Origin: Azolla caroliniana
Lineage: Eukaryota; Plantae; Polypodiophyta
DNA length: 64,000 bases
NCBI GenBank assembly: GCA_043228905.1
Contig: JBHGNT010000008.1
Coordinates: 14,508,001-14,572,000, forward strand
Reading direction: 5' to 3'
The notes beneath the pieces were generated by a model, which was given only the letters and a program-made list of their open reading frames with translations, made no database searches and was not told the origin of the DNA. The position numbers and the translations under genes were made by a program. Positions 25,145-39,400 of the stretch are shown here, piece by piece. The number at the start of each line of letters is the position of its first letter. Position 1 is the first letter of the stretch.

Positions 25145-26132
25145 TGTAACGGATTGGGAGGCAAGAGTGATTGCAATGCAATGGAAGAAGATTGAGAGAG
25201 TGTGTGTGAGAGGCAACAGAGGGAGAGAGAGAGAGAGAGAGCTCTTAAGGTAGAGATAGAAAACTATATATTAACCAAAAATACATCAAACATAAAACAT
25301 CCAATTGTAGCTAAGTTAAAACGCGTTGGTTTATATATCAACTAAGCTAGGGCAAATGCCCTTTCTACTATTTACAAAACTAGCCCAACATGTCCATGAG
25401 CTAGTGTGAAACCTATCTATGGGAAGTTGAGTTCGACTCTCAACATGCACCTTCAAACACAACTTCTATCTGTCGAGAAGGTTGTTCGGTTCGTACTTCG
25501 ACTCGTCTAGTCGGCTGTGTTGCGTACTCGCGTACTTGATCAATTGTGTATGTGTTGTGTATCGTTGCGTAATTTTTCCATGTCGCCTTCCATGTTGCCT
25601 GTTCCTGTACTCCCCCTCAAGTTCGGCAATGTAGATATCGTGAGACTAAGGTTCGATGCAAATTGCCCGAGCTTGTCGACTCCTAAGGCCTTCGTAAATA
25701 TATCAACAACTTGGAGGTGCGTACTAGTATGTTGGAGATCGATCTTGCCGGCCTGTACGCGCTCACAGATGAAGTGGTAATGCACTTCGATATGTTTAGT
25801 CCGCGCATGGAATATGGGGTTTTGCGCTAGGTAGATACTGCTCATGTTGTTGTAGTAGAGACGAATTGGATCCTTGATGGGAATGCCCAGATCCTTTAGT
25901 ATGCGTTTAAGCCATACGGCTTCACATGCGGCGATTGTTGCGCCCCTATATTCGGCTTCCGTGCTCGACAGTGCGAATGTCGGTTGTTTCTTGCTGCTCC
26001 AAGAGATTGCTCCGTTGCTGAGGGAGAAGACAAATCTGGAGGTGGATCGTCTATCCGCTTTATAGCCTGCCCAATCCGCGTCGGTGTACCCTTCAAGTCG
26101 AATAGTCGTGTTCGACTTATACAAGATGTCGT

Positions 26133-27298
26133 TGTCGTGAAGATTTTCGGCAATAGTGTGAAAATCCCATAAAACGTACGAAATCGAGTATGAATCACAT
26201 AATATAATAATTGTGAAGATAACATTTTAAATAAATTTAATATCTAAGTACAAAATGATGGAGGTTTCGAATGCACTTTATTACATGAGAAACAGACAAC
26301 TAAATGTCAAGATATGAGGGTATAAAGTTTGTGAAAGGAAAAGAGAAAATTGTGAGATATCCCACATAGGCACGACAAATACGGCTCTCATCATATATAA
26401 GGTAGAGCAAAAGATATTATCTTTGTGTCTATGTGTGGAGCATAGAGAGTTCAAGGTAACTTGAACTAAGAGTGGAGTTGGGCTAGCTACTTGTAAAGGG
26501 TTTTGGCCAACCAAAACCGGACCAGTGATGGAGCCGGTGATCCGGCGACATCCGACGGCAATCCGGCATCCGGCGAGGCACCGGTAACTGACGACAACCG
26601 GCGACGACATCCGACGGCAACACCGGTATCCGGTGCCGGTGAGACGACGGCATCCGGCGAGGCACTGGTAACCGACGGCATCCGGCGGCGGCACCGGTAT
26701 CCGGTAACCGACGGCATCCGACGGCGGCTAGATAAATAAATATATATACATATATACTTTTACAAGGAGGCCAAGTAAGGATTCGAACCTTGCACCTCCA
26801 AGCTAGGAGTCAATTGGCTTACCATTAAGCCATGTCATTTAGTTGAATTTATATTTCTATTATTGTACTTTTACATGTAAATTCTCATACATGAAAGCTA
26901 AAATGAGTGACATGGTTATCATGCACCACATGTAATACATAAGCGCCAAATGGCAAACATGCAATTTATGCATGTCTTGTACCCTCACATGCATCATATG
27001 CATGAGAGCATCTATAAAAGAAGGAAGGGGGAGGAGAAAAAAACGTTTTTTTGTTAGGAAATTAAGAGGAAGAAATTCGTTATCAAATTGATCGTGTAAC
27101 TTGTTTCTTAAATCTAAAGTTAAAAGTTCAATCAATCTCTCTCAATCGTGTAATCTCAACTTCTCTCTTTCCCAATCTATCTTAAGTACTTTCTCACTAA
27201 AGCTTGCGCCAAAGCTTGTAGCGACTTTGAATCCTTCCGGTCCAGAACCCCGACGGTTCCGCCTCACGATCCGCGCGTAGTGACAGATCTTTACGACA
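26133..27298 (+). mobile_element. Solo LTR (1166 bp) of a 4-bp-TSD gypsy lineage in copia B pol
   Basis: TGTCGTGAAGAT...ATCTTTACGACA; degenerate TSD TCGT/CCAT restores MAYGILYK; CCGG-rich tandem block 26515-26730; TATAAAA at ~27013. Confidence 0.85.
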
Positions 27299-30200
27299 CC
27301 ATAAGCCATTGTCGTACTGACATACCGTAGTATCCTCTTAGCACAATCAAGATGAAGGGTTCGCGGATTCTGCATGAATTGGCTAAGTAGGCCGACCAAA
27401 TAACTGAGGTCGGGTCGCATAATGGTTAGATAGATCAAACTACCGATCAGTTGTTGATAATGAGTATGGCTCGCTCTCAGCGGTTCAGGAATTGACATCA
27501 ATCTTTAGGTTACGATCGAGAGGGGTACACATAGGCTTGCACTCAGTCATTCCAAACTTGTAGAGTAAGTTGAGGACATAGTGCCGTTGTGAGATCATTA
27601 TCCCGACTTGTGTCCAAATTACTTCAAGGCCTCAGAAGTAATGGAGTTCGTGTAGGTCTTTCATTTCGAATCTGCTGGAGAGAACTGTTTTGACTTTGTT
27701 GATCTCGGCGAGACCCTTTCCTCTGATGACCAAGTCATCCACATATAGGATGATGATGATCGGGCTATTTGACTCATTTTGGATTTATAGAGAAGTATCA
27801 GATTTTGACATCCGAAATCCGACTTGCTGAAGATACTGCGTGATCTTTGAATGCCAAGCACGTAGTGCTTGTTTGAGGCCATAGAGTGTCTTCTTGAGTC
27901 GGCATACGGCGTGTGGATGTTTACGCGATTCGAATCCGGGTGGTTGTATCATGTACATCTCTTCTTCTAACTCTCCTTGGAGGAAGGCATTTTTCACGTC
28001 CATCTGGTGGAGGTGCCATCCCTTTGCTGCGGCGAGTGCAATTATTGTCCGTACAGTTGTCATCTTTGCCACCGTGGCAAAGGTTTCTTCATAGTCTATG
28101 CCATGCGTTTGTGCGTAGCCTTTTGCAATGAGCCGTGCTTTGAAGCGGTTTACGGATCTGTTGACATTGTATTTTACTTTGTATATCCATATGCAACCAA
28201 TCGCTTTCTTGTTCGGGGGGAGAGGAATGAGATCCCATGTCTCGTTTTTGCATAAAGCTTCCATCTCCTCGTTCATCCCATCGACCCATCGCGGATCCTT
28301 TGCGGTTTCGGAAAGCATTTCCGGTTCCCGTACTGAAGCTACTTTCATCATAAAAGCGTAGTGATACGCCATGTACTCGTCGTAGCCATAGCGGTTTACA
28401 GGGTTCTTTTCATGTGTGGATTGACATAGCTCTCGATCTGTGGGGAGTATGGCTTTCTTCGCTCCATGTATGTGGATGTCGAGATCTTCAAGTTCATTGT
28501 CAAAAGAGTGAAGCATCTCGCCTTCCCTTTGTCTAGCTTCGGACATGGCCGAGATGTGCTTCCATCGCTCGGCGGCTCTGATGGCCCACTTAGCCGTGTC
28601 GTAATTGGGTTGTCTTCTAACATCTGTGTGAGCCGATCCTCAACTTCTATTTCTATTTTAGTGTCATCCGCGTCGAGCGGGGTTGGAGTCGAAGTATTCT
28701 CTGGTGTGTACTAGGATGCGTATTCGTCGAAGACTACATCTCGACTTGTTTGAACCTTACGGGTAGATGGGTTGTAGCATTTGTACCCCTTTTGTTCAAG
28801 TGAGTATCCTACGAGGATACATTTCTTCGACTTTGGGTCAAGCTTTTGCCGCATATCATCGAGAATATGTACGTAGGCGATAGAACCGAAAATGCGGACA
28901 TGTGACAAGTTCGGCTTCTTTCCGAAGAATTTCTCATGCAGAGTTATATCGTGAACTCCTGAGGTTGTGCACCTATTCATGAGATACACAGCCATATTTG
29001 CCGCTTCTGCCCAATATGATTTCGGCAGGTTCTTCTCGTTCATCATGGCTTGTGCGACTTCTACTACATTGCGATTTTTACGCTCTGCTACGCCGTTTTG
29101 ATGAGGCGTGTGTCAACACGAGAACTCTCATCAGATTCCTTCTTTTCGGAGATATGCCGTAAATTCATCCAAAAAATTTTCTTTGCCTCCATCTAATCGA
29201 AGACAGTGTACATGCCGACCCATAGTTTTTTCGACTTCGGCTTTGAATGTCTGGAAGTGCTTGAACACTTCACTCTTCTACTTCATCGGATAGATCCAAG
29301 TGTTCCTAGAGAAGTCGTCGATGAACGTGACATAGTATCGGCATCCGTCGAATGTTGCTGTCTGGGCTGGTCCCCAGACATTTGAATGTACGACATCCAG
29401 GATTCCTTTGCTCACATTCCGCTCTTTAGGGAATGGGTGCCAGCGTTGCTTTCCGAACTGACATGCTTCACATACACCTATAATCTCCTTTGCCGTAAAG
29501 TTCGGGAGTCCGATTATGACTCCTTTCGATTGCATGTTCTGGAGCTTTTGGAGATTGATGTGGCTGATTCTCTTGTGCCATAGTTTCAAGTCGGTTTCGA
29601 CTTTCTGTCCCTTTGCAAACATGGCTGACTTTACCTCGCTCGATTCGAGGATGAACATACGGCCTTCATGACAACCGTGAGCTATGACTTGATCGCCTTT
29701 TTCGATGAAGCACCCATTATTATTGAAACGTACTTGCATTCCTTTTTCGACAATCTGGCCAACCGAGACCAGGTTTTTCGTAATAGTGGGGATATGTAGC
29801 ACGTTCTTGAGGTAGGTCTGTTTGCCATCATTTTCGAATGGGACGTTCCCGATATGATGTATTGGGTGAGTTGTGTCATCTCCTGTTTCGACATATCTAG
29901 GACGTTCGGGCTTCCGTAGTTCCCGAAACCAATCTTCATGGGATGTCATGTGATTGGATGCTCCCGAATCGACAAACTATACGCTATTCGGAGTGGAATC
30001 GGTAGTTGACGCAAGTGCGGACATTGAGCGCGCTTCGTGTTTCATTATGAACATTCCGCCGCGGTCGCCGTAGTCGGAGTTTGTGGCGTAATTTGTTAGT
30101 TGTGGGCCTTGCTCATGCTTCTTCTTCCGACAATCCTCTTCGTAATGGCCGGGTTTTCCGCAGTACCTGCACTCAACTGGGTTCCTACGGTTGCTTGGTC

Positions 30201-31047
30201 CGGCGTGATGACTCCCCCTTTCGCCGAACTCTCCGGGGCCGTTTTTGTCCGCTTGCCATTGGTGGGAGTTATGCTCTTGGTTGTGTCAGCCCTGGCCAAA
30301 TCGACCTCTCCTTCCGCGGCTTTGTCCTCTTCCTCCATCGAAGTTTGAATATAGCATTTGTCTGTCATGCACGTTGTTCCTTTGACACATGTGATTCTCT
30401 TCAACTAGCGACAATGATTGGAGATAAAAAAAAGGAGGGAGAATTATCTCTCGCAAGAACGACCAATCTTATTGCGCCAAATAGCGGTGCCAAGCCACCA
30501 AGGCATATCTGCACCATTTCTTCGTCGTCAATGCTAACATTGATCGATCCAAGGGCATCGCACAACTCCTTGATCTTTAAGGTGTAGTTGCAGATTGACA
30601 TGTCCCTTTGTTGAAGATTGTTCAGCTCCTGTCGAAGTTGGAGCTTTCATGCGGCCGTATTGGCTGCGAAAATCTTCTTGAGATTTTCCCACGCTTGCTT
30701 CAGTGTTTTTGCCTCTCGAATGTAGCCAAGCATATGATCATGAACGCATGATGCAAGGCAATACAACACACAGCTTGCAGTCTACTCCCAAGCAAGATAG
30801 TCGGCGTGTGTTGGGTTGGGTTGTGATTTGTGAGCTCCTTTGATGTAGCTCTAATAGCCTTGTTCGACAAGGTATTGATGCATCTTGTATTCCCAAGATG
30901 CAAAGTTCGTTCTGTCGAGCTTCTCGGTAGGAAGAGCGCTTCCCATTTGAGTATTCATGGTGATTTCTTCTCTGTTGATGGGCCGGTTCTGTTGATCGTC
31001 GACGTGCAGCACAACACAGTCGAATATGCTTAATCAGGCAACCACAC

Positions 31048-31059
31048 GCTCTGATACCA
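31048..31059 (-). promoter_or_regulatory. Primer binding site (tRNA-iMet)
   Basis: TGGTATCAGAGC directly after the 5' LTR. Confidence 0.9.
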
Positions 31060-31811
31060 TGTAACGGAATGGGAAGCAAGAGTGATTGCAATGCAGTGGA
31101 AGAAGATTGAGTGTGTGTGTGTGAGAGAGGCAACAGAGGGAGAGCGAGAGAGAGAGAGCTCTTAAGGCATAGATAGAAAACTATATATTAACCAAAAATA
31201 CATCAAACATAAAACATCCAACTGTAACTAAGTTACAATGCGTTGGTTTATATATCAACTAAACTAGGGCAAATGCCCTTTCTACTATTTACAAAACTAG
31301 CCCAACATGTCCATGAGCTAGTGTGAAACCTATCTATGGGAAGTTGAGTTTGACTCTCAACACACAGGAAGTCCAATCTTGGGCTCTTTATGAAGTCCTT
31401 GGGGACTTGATCCCTGTTGTTGCAACGCTATGATGGTTGGATCACGTTGTTGCACACGTAACGCTAACTTCCCATGTTGTTGTTGCGTTTGCTATTTTTC
31501 TAAAGCGATTTGTTGAAGATCCTCTAACAATCGTTAGTTTTCTTGTTCCAATGCGATGAAATTTTCTTTTAGACATTGAAACTCGAAAAAAACGGACTGA
31601 TATTCTTGGGCACTAATAGTAGCCATAGTATTGGAAGAAAGGGGTAAGAGGATGAGGGAAACCAAAAAGAAAACCAAAGGGTGCAATTTGGTTCAAACTG
31701 TCAGGAATAGTACTAAAACAGAGAGAGAATCAATACTAGAGAAGGGAAGTACTATTAGTACTAAGAGGACTGACTGTGTAAGACTCACGAGAGAGGAACG
31801 AGAGAGAGAGG

Positions 31812-31855
<44 letters not shown>

Positions 31856-32061
31856 GCAAAGTTGGGAGATGTTGGAGAAGGACAAACACTAATTTTGATG
31901 TATCTTCTTGCTACCGTGTCCGTTTCCTTTGTTCTTTAGCTCATTTCGAAGCTTGCACATAGAGCTTTGTAAATAGTATATGCATGTATCATTTGGTGGT
32001 CTTGGTAGAACGTTACAAGTAAAACTTCCATTCGGTTGCATGCATCTCATGATCGCTTGCT

Positions 32062-33348
32062 TTGATTCCTTCTCCAACACAATTACTTGTAAGTGAGCTC
32101 TCTCCTATTTCTTGTCATATGGATGGTAGTGTTTTCATGAATATGGTAGTATCAAGACCAAGAGGGGATGGTCAAAGAAAACGATGTATTGGAGAAAATA
32201 GTAATGACATGTCTTATGCTGATGCAATGCGACAAGATGATAGTCATTGGGAACATTTAAGATCCATGGAAAATATATTAATGGAATATTGTATAAGGGA
32301 GAATGTGAAAGTTTCTGAGGAGTTTGTTGACGATGAAGTGGCTAAGGTAGAAATAGACAATAAGGAGTTTTTGGGCTCATTTGCTACTTTTTGTGATAAA
32401 GGGGTCATATTGTTTTTCACGTGGAAGATACCTTTCCTTTGGAGGGTCAAACAATGGTTATGTGGGATTTTACAAGACGATTGTGTTCAGGATGTTTATG
32501 CTGGTCCTTGTGGATTTGATGACGTTGTTTTGGTATCACAAGAGTATAAAGAGAAATTACTCAATAAATTGCCAGTTTTTTATGAGAAAAGTTTGGTTCA
32601 TATTGTTCTGTGGAGGCCACTAGTGGAATACCAAGATATATTAAAGCAAGAATGTCCTGTATGGGTTGAGGTAGAGTGCACATATTCAGTGGTTTGGCCA
32701 ATATTACGGTCAATGATGGAAAAGTTGGGAACGAACTTGGTGCCTCCTAGTGCTAATGCTCAAAATCGATATCGAATGTGTATTCTTTGGAATACTGCTA
32801 TAAAGAGGCCAAGTTGTTTACAGATTGCATGCTTTGGTATGCCGCCTATGTACTTTCGGCTTAAATGGGGTACATTTGTAGGACATTGTTTCCATTGTGG
32901 TGTGTTGGGGTATTTAATGGCTGAGTGTCCTCAAAAAGGAAATAATGTAGAGCCTACAACTCATGATCAGATTCAAGCTTTGGCAATTTTAGAGCAAACA
33001 AAGGAACCACAAATTGTGAATGAGAAGGATGGAAAGACTCTGGAGGATGAAGGAAAATGGTCAATAGTTTCTGGAAAGATGAAGAAGTATAATAAAAATG
33101 TTGGGCATAATGTATCTATGGAGAAGGTCACACCGACAAATCCCATGCGGAATAAACCATGGGCTCGTCAAGAGGACAATCCAAAGAAATTATCTTTTGA
33201 TAATAAAGGTAATTTGTATGTTCCTTGGAATAAACGGAAATCGGTGCCTCGTTCACATGAGGAGTCATCGGGGTCTGGAGTTTTGCATTCCCATCGTAAT
33301 TCATATAATGAAGGAGAAGGAGATTTCTTGAAAAAAAGTAAAAAATAA
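32062..33348 (+). CDS. LINE ORF1 protein (zinc-knuckle remnant CFHCGVLGYLMAEC)
   Basis: 428-aa open frame (true start may be ATG ~32119/32137) ending 3 nt before the ORF2 ATG at 33352. Confidence 0.75.
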   Translation: MIPSPTQLLVSELSPISCHMDGSVFMNMVVSRPRGDGQRKRCIGENSNDMSYADAMRQDDSHWEHLRSMENILMEYCIRENVKVSEEFVDDEVAKVEIDNKEFLGSFATFCDKGVILFFTWKIPFLWRVKQWLCGILQDDCVQDVYAGPCGFDDVVLVSQEYKEKLLNKLPVFYEKSLVHIVLWRPLVEYQDILKQECPVWVEVECTYSVVWPILRSMMEKLGTNLVPPSANAQNRYRMCILWNTAIKRPSCLQIACFGMPPMYFRLKWGTFVGHCFHCGVLGYLMAECPQKGNNVEPTTHDQIQALAILEQTKEPQIVNEKDGKTLEDEGKWSIVSGKMKKYNKNVGHNVSMEKVTPTNPMRNKPWARQEDNPKKLSFDNKGNLYVPWNKRKSVPRSHEESSGSGVLHSHRNSYNEGEGDFLKKSKK

Positions 33349-36300
33349 AGTATGAAGATCACCACATGGAATGTGCGGGGATTGTGTTCTAGATTTAGAA
33401 TGCATGAGGTTTGGAGGATTGCGTTAAGTGAGCAATGGGATGTTTTATGTGTAGTATAGCATAAAGATCATCGTAATGTTGGTTTAATTAGTTATTCTAA
33501 GGGTTATACATTATGTTATGCTAGCAAGGTTCATAGGGATTATTCTGGGATTGTCATGTTTATAAGAGATAAATTTCACCCAAAAGTAATAGTTTTAGAT
33601 GAGTTTGGAAGATTTATTGTGGTAGAGATATGTTATGAAGGGCAAGCTCTTTGGTTAGTTGGTGTGTATGCATCAAATGTTTCACAAGAATGAAAGTTGT
33701 TATGGAGATCTCTAAACTCAGTGCTTGATAATGGTAGATCGGGTTTATTGGTTGGAGATTTTAATGTTTGTTGTGAGACAGATCAATCAACATCTATCCA
33801 CTCTATTATGGATGGACCAGAGGCTCAAGAATGGGGAGAATTTGAGACTGAAGTCATGTTAAGGGATATATGGAAATGGATCAAGGGAGATGAACCTGGT
33901 TATACCTTTCAATTGGCTCAATATAAGGATACTTGGAGTAGGTTGGATCAAATGTATGTAATGCATACTTAAGGTTTTTTTACTAGAGATTTTGGATATT
34001 TCAGTGTATTATGGGTCAATTATATCAGATCATTTCCCATTAATTTTTGAGTTCAATCACCACTCAATTAGAGGTTTTCATGAGTTTTTAGGAAAACCAC
34101 TGTTGATTTTTAATTCATCATTTTTGGACCATGAGGTCTTCCATGCCTATATGTGTCAATTGATTGATGCATTTGCCTATCGTGTTCAATTTGATGGGCA
34201 TGAAGCGTGGGATGTATTTGTTGCAAATGTTTAGAGGTTAACTAGATATTATGGAATTCACCATGCTTTTAAAAGGAGAAAGAAATTAAGTCTCCTAGTT
34301 AATTTTCTTGATAAATGCAACTCATTGTTAACTTATTGGCCAATGGATGTAGAGTTGATGGGATATCAAGAGGTATTAATTTTTGCGATGCATGACCTAA
34401 CGGCAAAAAATTATCAACATACTACATCATCTAAGACAAGAAGTGGGTGATGCTAATTGTCAATCACATAAGTTTTTTCATGACCTTCATGAATCACATG
34501 CACGACATAATGTGGTAAGGTTAGAGGGAAATGGTATCATGTGTTCCCATCCTCAAGAAATTGTGAAGAAATGCATAGAATATTATACACAATTGTTGGA
34601 TGTACAAATGTGTATTGATGATAATGTTAAAAAGGATAGAGATGTATTTTTTAATGGAGTGAAAAATCATGTATCGCATGATGTGGCACAATCATTAGAT
34701 GTTAATATTTTAGAGGATGAGGTGGAACATGTCATGTCACATCTTGCTAATGATAAGAGTCATGGGTGGGATGGATTACCACATGAACTCTTTAAGAAAT
34801 ATGTGATTAAGTTAAAGGGGCCTTTTACAGTTTTATTTTAGAAGGCGTGGACATCAGGGGAAATGCCTCATTCTTGGAAGATTGGTTTGATCAAGCTTTT
34901 GCCAAAGGTGCCTTCTCCATCTTCCTTTGCTCAATGAAGACCAATTTCATTGATGGGGGGGAATGTAGAATATTTTTGCAAAAGTGATGGCCAATAGGTT
35001 GCATAAGGTTTTACCTTCTATTATATTCATAATGCTCAATATGGGTTTTTAGCAAAAAGAGACATTTTACATAATATTTTAAATGTTCAAATGGCAATGG
35101 ACTATGCAAAGGAGGCTAAACAAGAATTAGGGTTGCTACAATTGGATATCGAGAAAGCCTATGATAATGTGGATTGGTCATTTATAAATCAATTGATGTC
35201 TCATATGGGTTTTGGTGATTCGAGTATGTCGAAGTTGATATACACATTAGGGGAGGGTTCGGTTTCGCATGTGATGTTTAATGGAGGAGTAACACAACCG
35301 ATTTCTATTCGAAGGTCAGTTAGACAAGGATGCCTAGTAAGTCCTTTACTAATCACTATTGTGACACATCCTATTCTTGTTAAGTTACACAATATGGCTA
35401 TGGAGGAAGAATTGCTTGGACTAAGGTTGCCATCAGGGAAGCCATGTATTGTTCAAGCTCTTGCAGATGACCATATTATGTTTTTGGCACCTAATCGGGA
35501 AAATATTAGTAAGACGAGATGTGTGGGATTTTTTTTCAAATGCTTCAGGGTTGAGAATTAATATACATAAATCTGTCCTCATTTCATGTACAGAACAAGA
35601 TGTGTTAGGGTTGGGGTGTTCAGGAAGGATAGTACATCGTGGTATGATTTGTCGTCACCTTGGATATCCAATTGGGGTGGAAGTTTCTCATGTGAAACTT
35701 ATTGAGTGGGTATCCAAAAGGTTGGAGGATAGGTTTATGTATTGGAGGTCTCAGTTTTGGCCTTTTCATGTACGACTTAAGGTGGTCCAATCGATTATGG
35801 TCTCTATGGTATCTTATTATCTTCCTTTGATCCCATGGTCAAAGAAAGCTCTTGAAATGTTATCACGCTCGATGCAAATGTTGTTATGGAAAAGAAAAGG
35901 GAAAAGTGCCTTGTCATGGTTGGCATGGGATCATGTTTGTACTCCGAAGCGTCTTGGTGGGGCATCAATATTGAATCTATATGAGCATATGGTGGCTCGT
36001 CGATTTACTTTCATTCGATTCATGTTTTAAGGTGTACAACCTTGGATAGAAATTGTGGCATACTTTATAGAGAAGAACGGAATAAAGCTTGGAAACATGA
36101 AGTTTGAAGCAAATTGGTGGAATGTAATTAATTCTGATAGGAATGTCAAATGTACAGACAGGGTCTATGATAGTTAATCATTTGTTGACATTTTGGCAAA
36201 GTATGTTGGATTTTATGGAATGACATCCCCCACAAGACAGGGGATGTGCCAATTCATTACAAATGGAGGTTTTGGCAACATCAAGGTTGTTGAGGTGGGA

Positions 36301-36445
36301 AGGTAAACAAATTCTTAACCTTCAATTTAGTCAGATGGCTAGATTGGGTTTGGTAACAGTTAAGGATGCTAGGTTGGTTTCACAAAGAAGAGTAATGGCT
36401 TTTCGAACAATAAGATCAATATTTCATATTCCAAAAGGTTATAAC

Positions 36446-39400
36446 TGTCATAACCAAGAGAGAAGGTAAAGTGATAGAAGAAAGATATAAAGAGATCACA
36501 AGAAGAGGAATGAAATGATAAGAGAAGAATGAATGTATTAAAGTAGAATAAGAATGGATACAAGATAGACGATGAGAGCTTAAGACTGGTGTTGATTCGA
36601 ATTGGTTTTGAGAAGAATTGTATGTCCATATTTATAGGTTCCTATAGAATAACCTAGTGATTTCTATAATGTTCTAGAATGTTCTAGACCTAGAATATTC
36701 TAAGATGTTCTAGGATATGAAGACAACTCAGACTGAAGATGTTGTAGTCGGTGGAGGTGTTGCTCTGCACTAGGGCTTGGTGAGATTAGTGGAATGTCCA
36801 AGAGACACCATCGAGGATGGTTGCTAGTATAGGCATAGAAAGGTGTGACCTTGGTAGAAGAGTGTATGGTGTTATTGTATGCAAACTCTACAAGATGCAA
36901 TATATGACTCCAATTATCTTGTTGATAACTGATGAAACATTGAAGATACTGCTCAAGTGTTTGATTTGTGCACTTTGTTTGGCCATCAGTTTTGGGATGA
37001 TATGCTGAAGAGAGTTTGCAAGAGATTCGGAGCCCGTCACATAGGTCCTTCCAAAAGTGAGAGATAATTTGCGGTCCACGATCACTAATTATGTTGTTTG
37101 GAAGACCATGATGGCAAAATACTTCACGCATAATGATATCTGTTGTTTCTTGACTACTGATGTTTTTTACGCAGGGTAGAAAATGTGCCATCTTGGTAAA
37201 CCGATCCACTATGGTTAAAATAGCATCAAAACCTTGTGAAGGTGGCAGATCTGTAATGAAATCCATAGTAATTGACTGCCATGGATTGCTCGGAGTTGGC
37301 AATGGTTGTAACAACCCATAAGGATGATGCCTAGGCATTTTAGCTCGACAACATGTGTCACATGTGCGAACATAATCTTCAACGAATTGTTGTAAATGAG
37401 GCCACCAAAATGATCGCTTCACTAGCTCCATCGTCTTGGCAATACCAAAGTGTCCGACCATACGGGCATCATGATAGTGCTCCAACACTCGAAGGCGAGG
37501 TGATCCATCAGGGACATAAAGTAGATTCTTGTAGAAAAGTAAGTTATCTTGCCACTTGAACTCCTTATAGCGTCGAGATGTCCCTAGCAATGTGGAGCAA
37601 AATGCATGATTTGGACCAAGGTGGGTGAGAACATCCTTAGCAAAATCATTAGAGTTAAGTTGTTGTCGAATAGTATCAAGAAGACTTGAATCCAATGGCA
37701 TGGCACAAACCGTGGTTGCTTGTAGCTTTGTTGGACCAAGGAGAACTTGCTTTTGATTGTTGAAAGCTGGATCTCCAGGGCGAAGTGCCAAATATGAGAG
37801 TCGAGATAGAGCATCTGCTTGCCCTTGTTGGTGCCCTGGGCGGAAAATGATCTTGAAATCAAAACGAGTTAAAAATTGCGCCCATCGAGCTTGTCACCTA
37901 TTTAGCACTCGAGCCATTTGAAAATATGTAAGATTTTTGTGGTCACTATAAATGATGATTTGATGAGGTGAACCTTTGAGGAAATGTCTCCATTCCGCAA
38001 AAGAGTCAACCATAGCTAGTAACTCTTTGTCATGCACCTTGTAGTTGATCTCCGCAACATTAAACTTCCTTGAGTGAAACACGACTAGATGTAAGTGCCC
38101 ATCTTCACCTGGTTGTGATAGGATGCTCCCCAATGCAAAGTCAAATGCATCTGCCTCAATGATAAATGGCTTTTCTAGATCAACATGACCTAAGACAGGA
38201 GGTAATGCGAATGCCTCTTTCAACTGAGTAAAGGCTCTGTATGCTTCAGGAGTCCAAACAAATGCTTGATTTTTCTTGGTGAGTTGAGTAAGTGGCAATA
38301 CAATCTTCGAATAATTCCATATGAATTTGCGGTAGAAGTTGGCAAATCCAAGGAAACACTGGACATCGCGAACGGAACTTGGAGTATGCCATTCCAATAC
38401 TGTTTGAACTTTCGCTGGATCCATGAAGATACCTTTAGATGAAATGGTATAACCCAAGAACTCAACTTCTTTGCAATCAAAACTACACTTCTCTAGTTTG
38501 GCATAAAGACCATACTCTCTTAAGCGTTGGAGTACCTTCCGCACATGTATATCATGCTCCGCTTGTGTTCTAGAGTAAATCAATAGATCATCTAAATAGA
38601 TGATAAGAAAGATATCTAGAAAATCTCAGAAAATGTCATTTGCCATATGTTGAAACACAACAGGAGCATTTGTGAGCCCAAAAGGCATAACTGTATACTC
38701 GAAATGGCCATATCGAGTGCGAAATGCAGTCTTCCACTCGTCTCCCGGTCAAATACGGACAAGATTATATGCACCCCTTAGATCAATCTTGGTAAAATGC
38801 AATAGATCATCTAAATAGATGATAAGAAAGATATCTAGAAAATCTCAGAAAATGTCATTTGCCATATGTTGAAACACAACAGGAGCATTTGTGAGCCCAA
38901 AAGGCATAACTGTATACTCGAAATGGCCATATCGAGTGCGAAATGCAGTCTTCCACTCATCTCCCGGTCAAATACGGACAAGATTATATGCACCCCTTAG
39001 ATCAATCTTGGTAAAATGCTTTGCCCCACCAATGCGTTCTAGAAGACTGGAAATTAAAGGTAGAGCATATCTATTTCTTATTGTCACTTTATTTAATCCC
39101 CGATAATCCACGACCAAATGAAGTGAGCCATCCTTTTTCTTCACGAAAAAGGTAGGAGCACCAGCTGGAGACGTTGAATGTTGAATAAATCCACTTGCAA
39201 GATTCTCATCAATGTATGCTCGAAGAACCTCAAGCTTCGTTGGTGATAGATTGTAGATCAGACCCCATGGTGGCTCTTTTCCTGGCTGTAGATCAATGGG
39301 ACAATCGTATGGCTGATGCTTTGGACGTACACTAGCTTTGACTTTGTCGAAGACATCAACATATTCTTGGTACTTTCTACGAATGTAGAGCTCTGACGTC

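Larger units (their letters stand above)
25145..31362 (-). mobile_element. Ty1/copia element B inserted in G3 gag
   Basis: LTRs 25145-25445 and 31060-31362; perfect TSD CACAG; tRNA-iMet PBS; gag-PR-IN-RT-RH order. Confidence 0.95.

Noticed and set aside
26588-26610. Second hammerhead at CTGACGA
   Set aside because: No stem II or GAAA box follows; part of the CCGG repeat
26769-26836. Functional tRNA genes at the A/B-box sites
   Set aside because: No convincing acceptor or anticodon stems; reported only as tRNA-like promoter motifs
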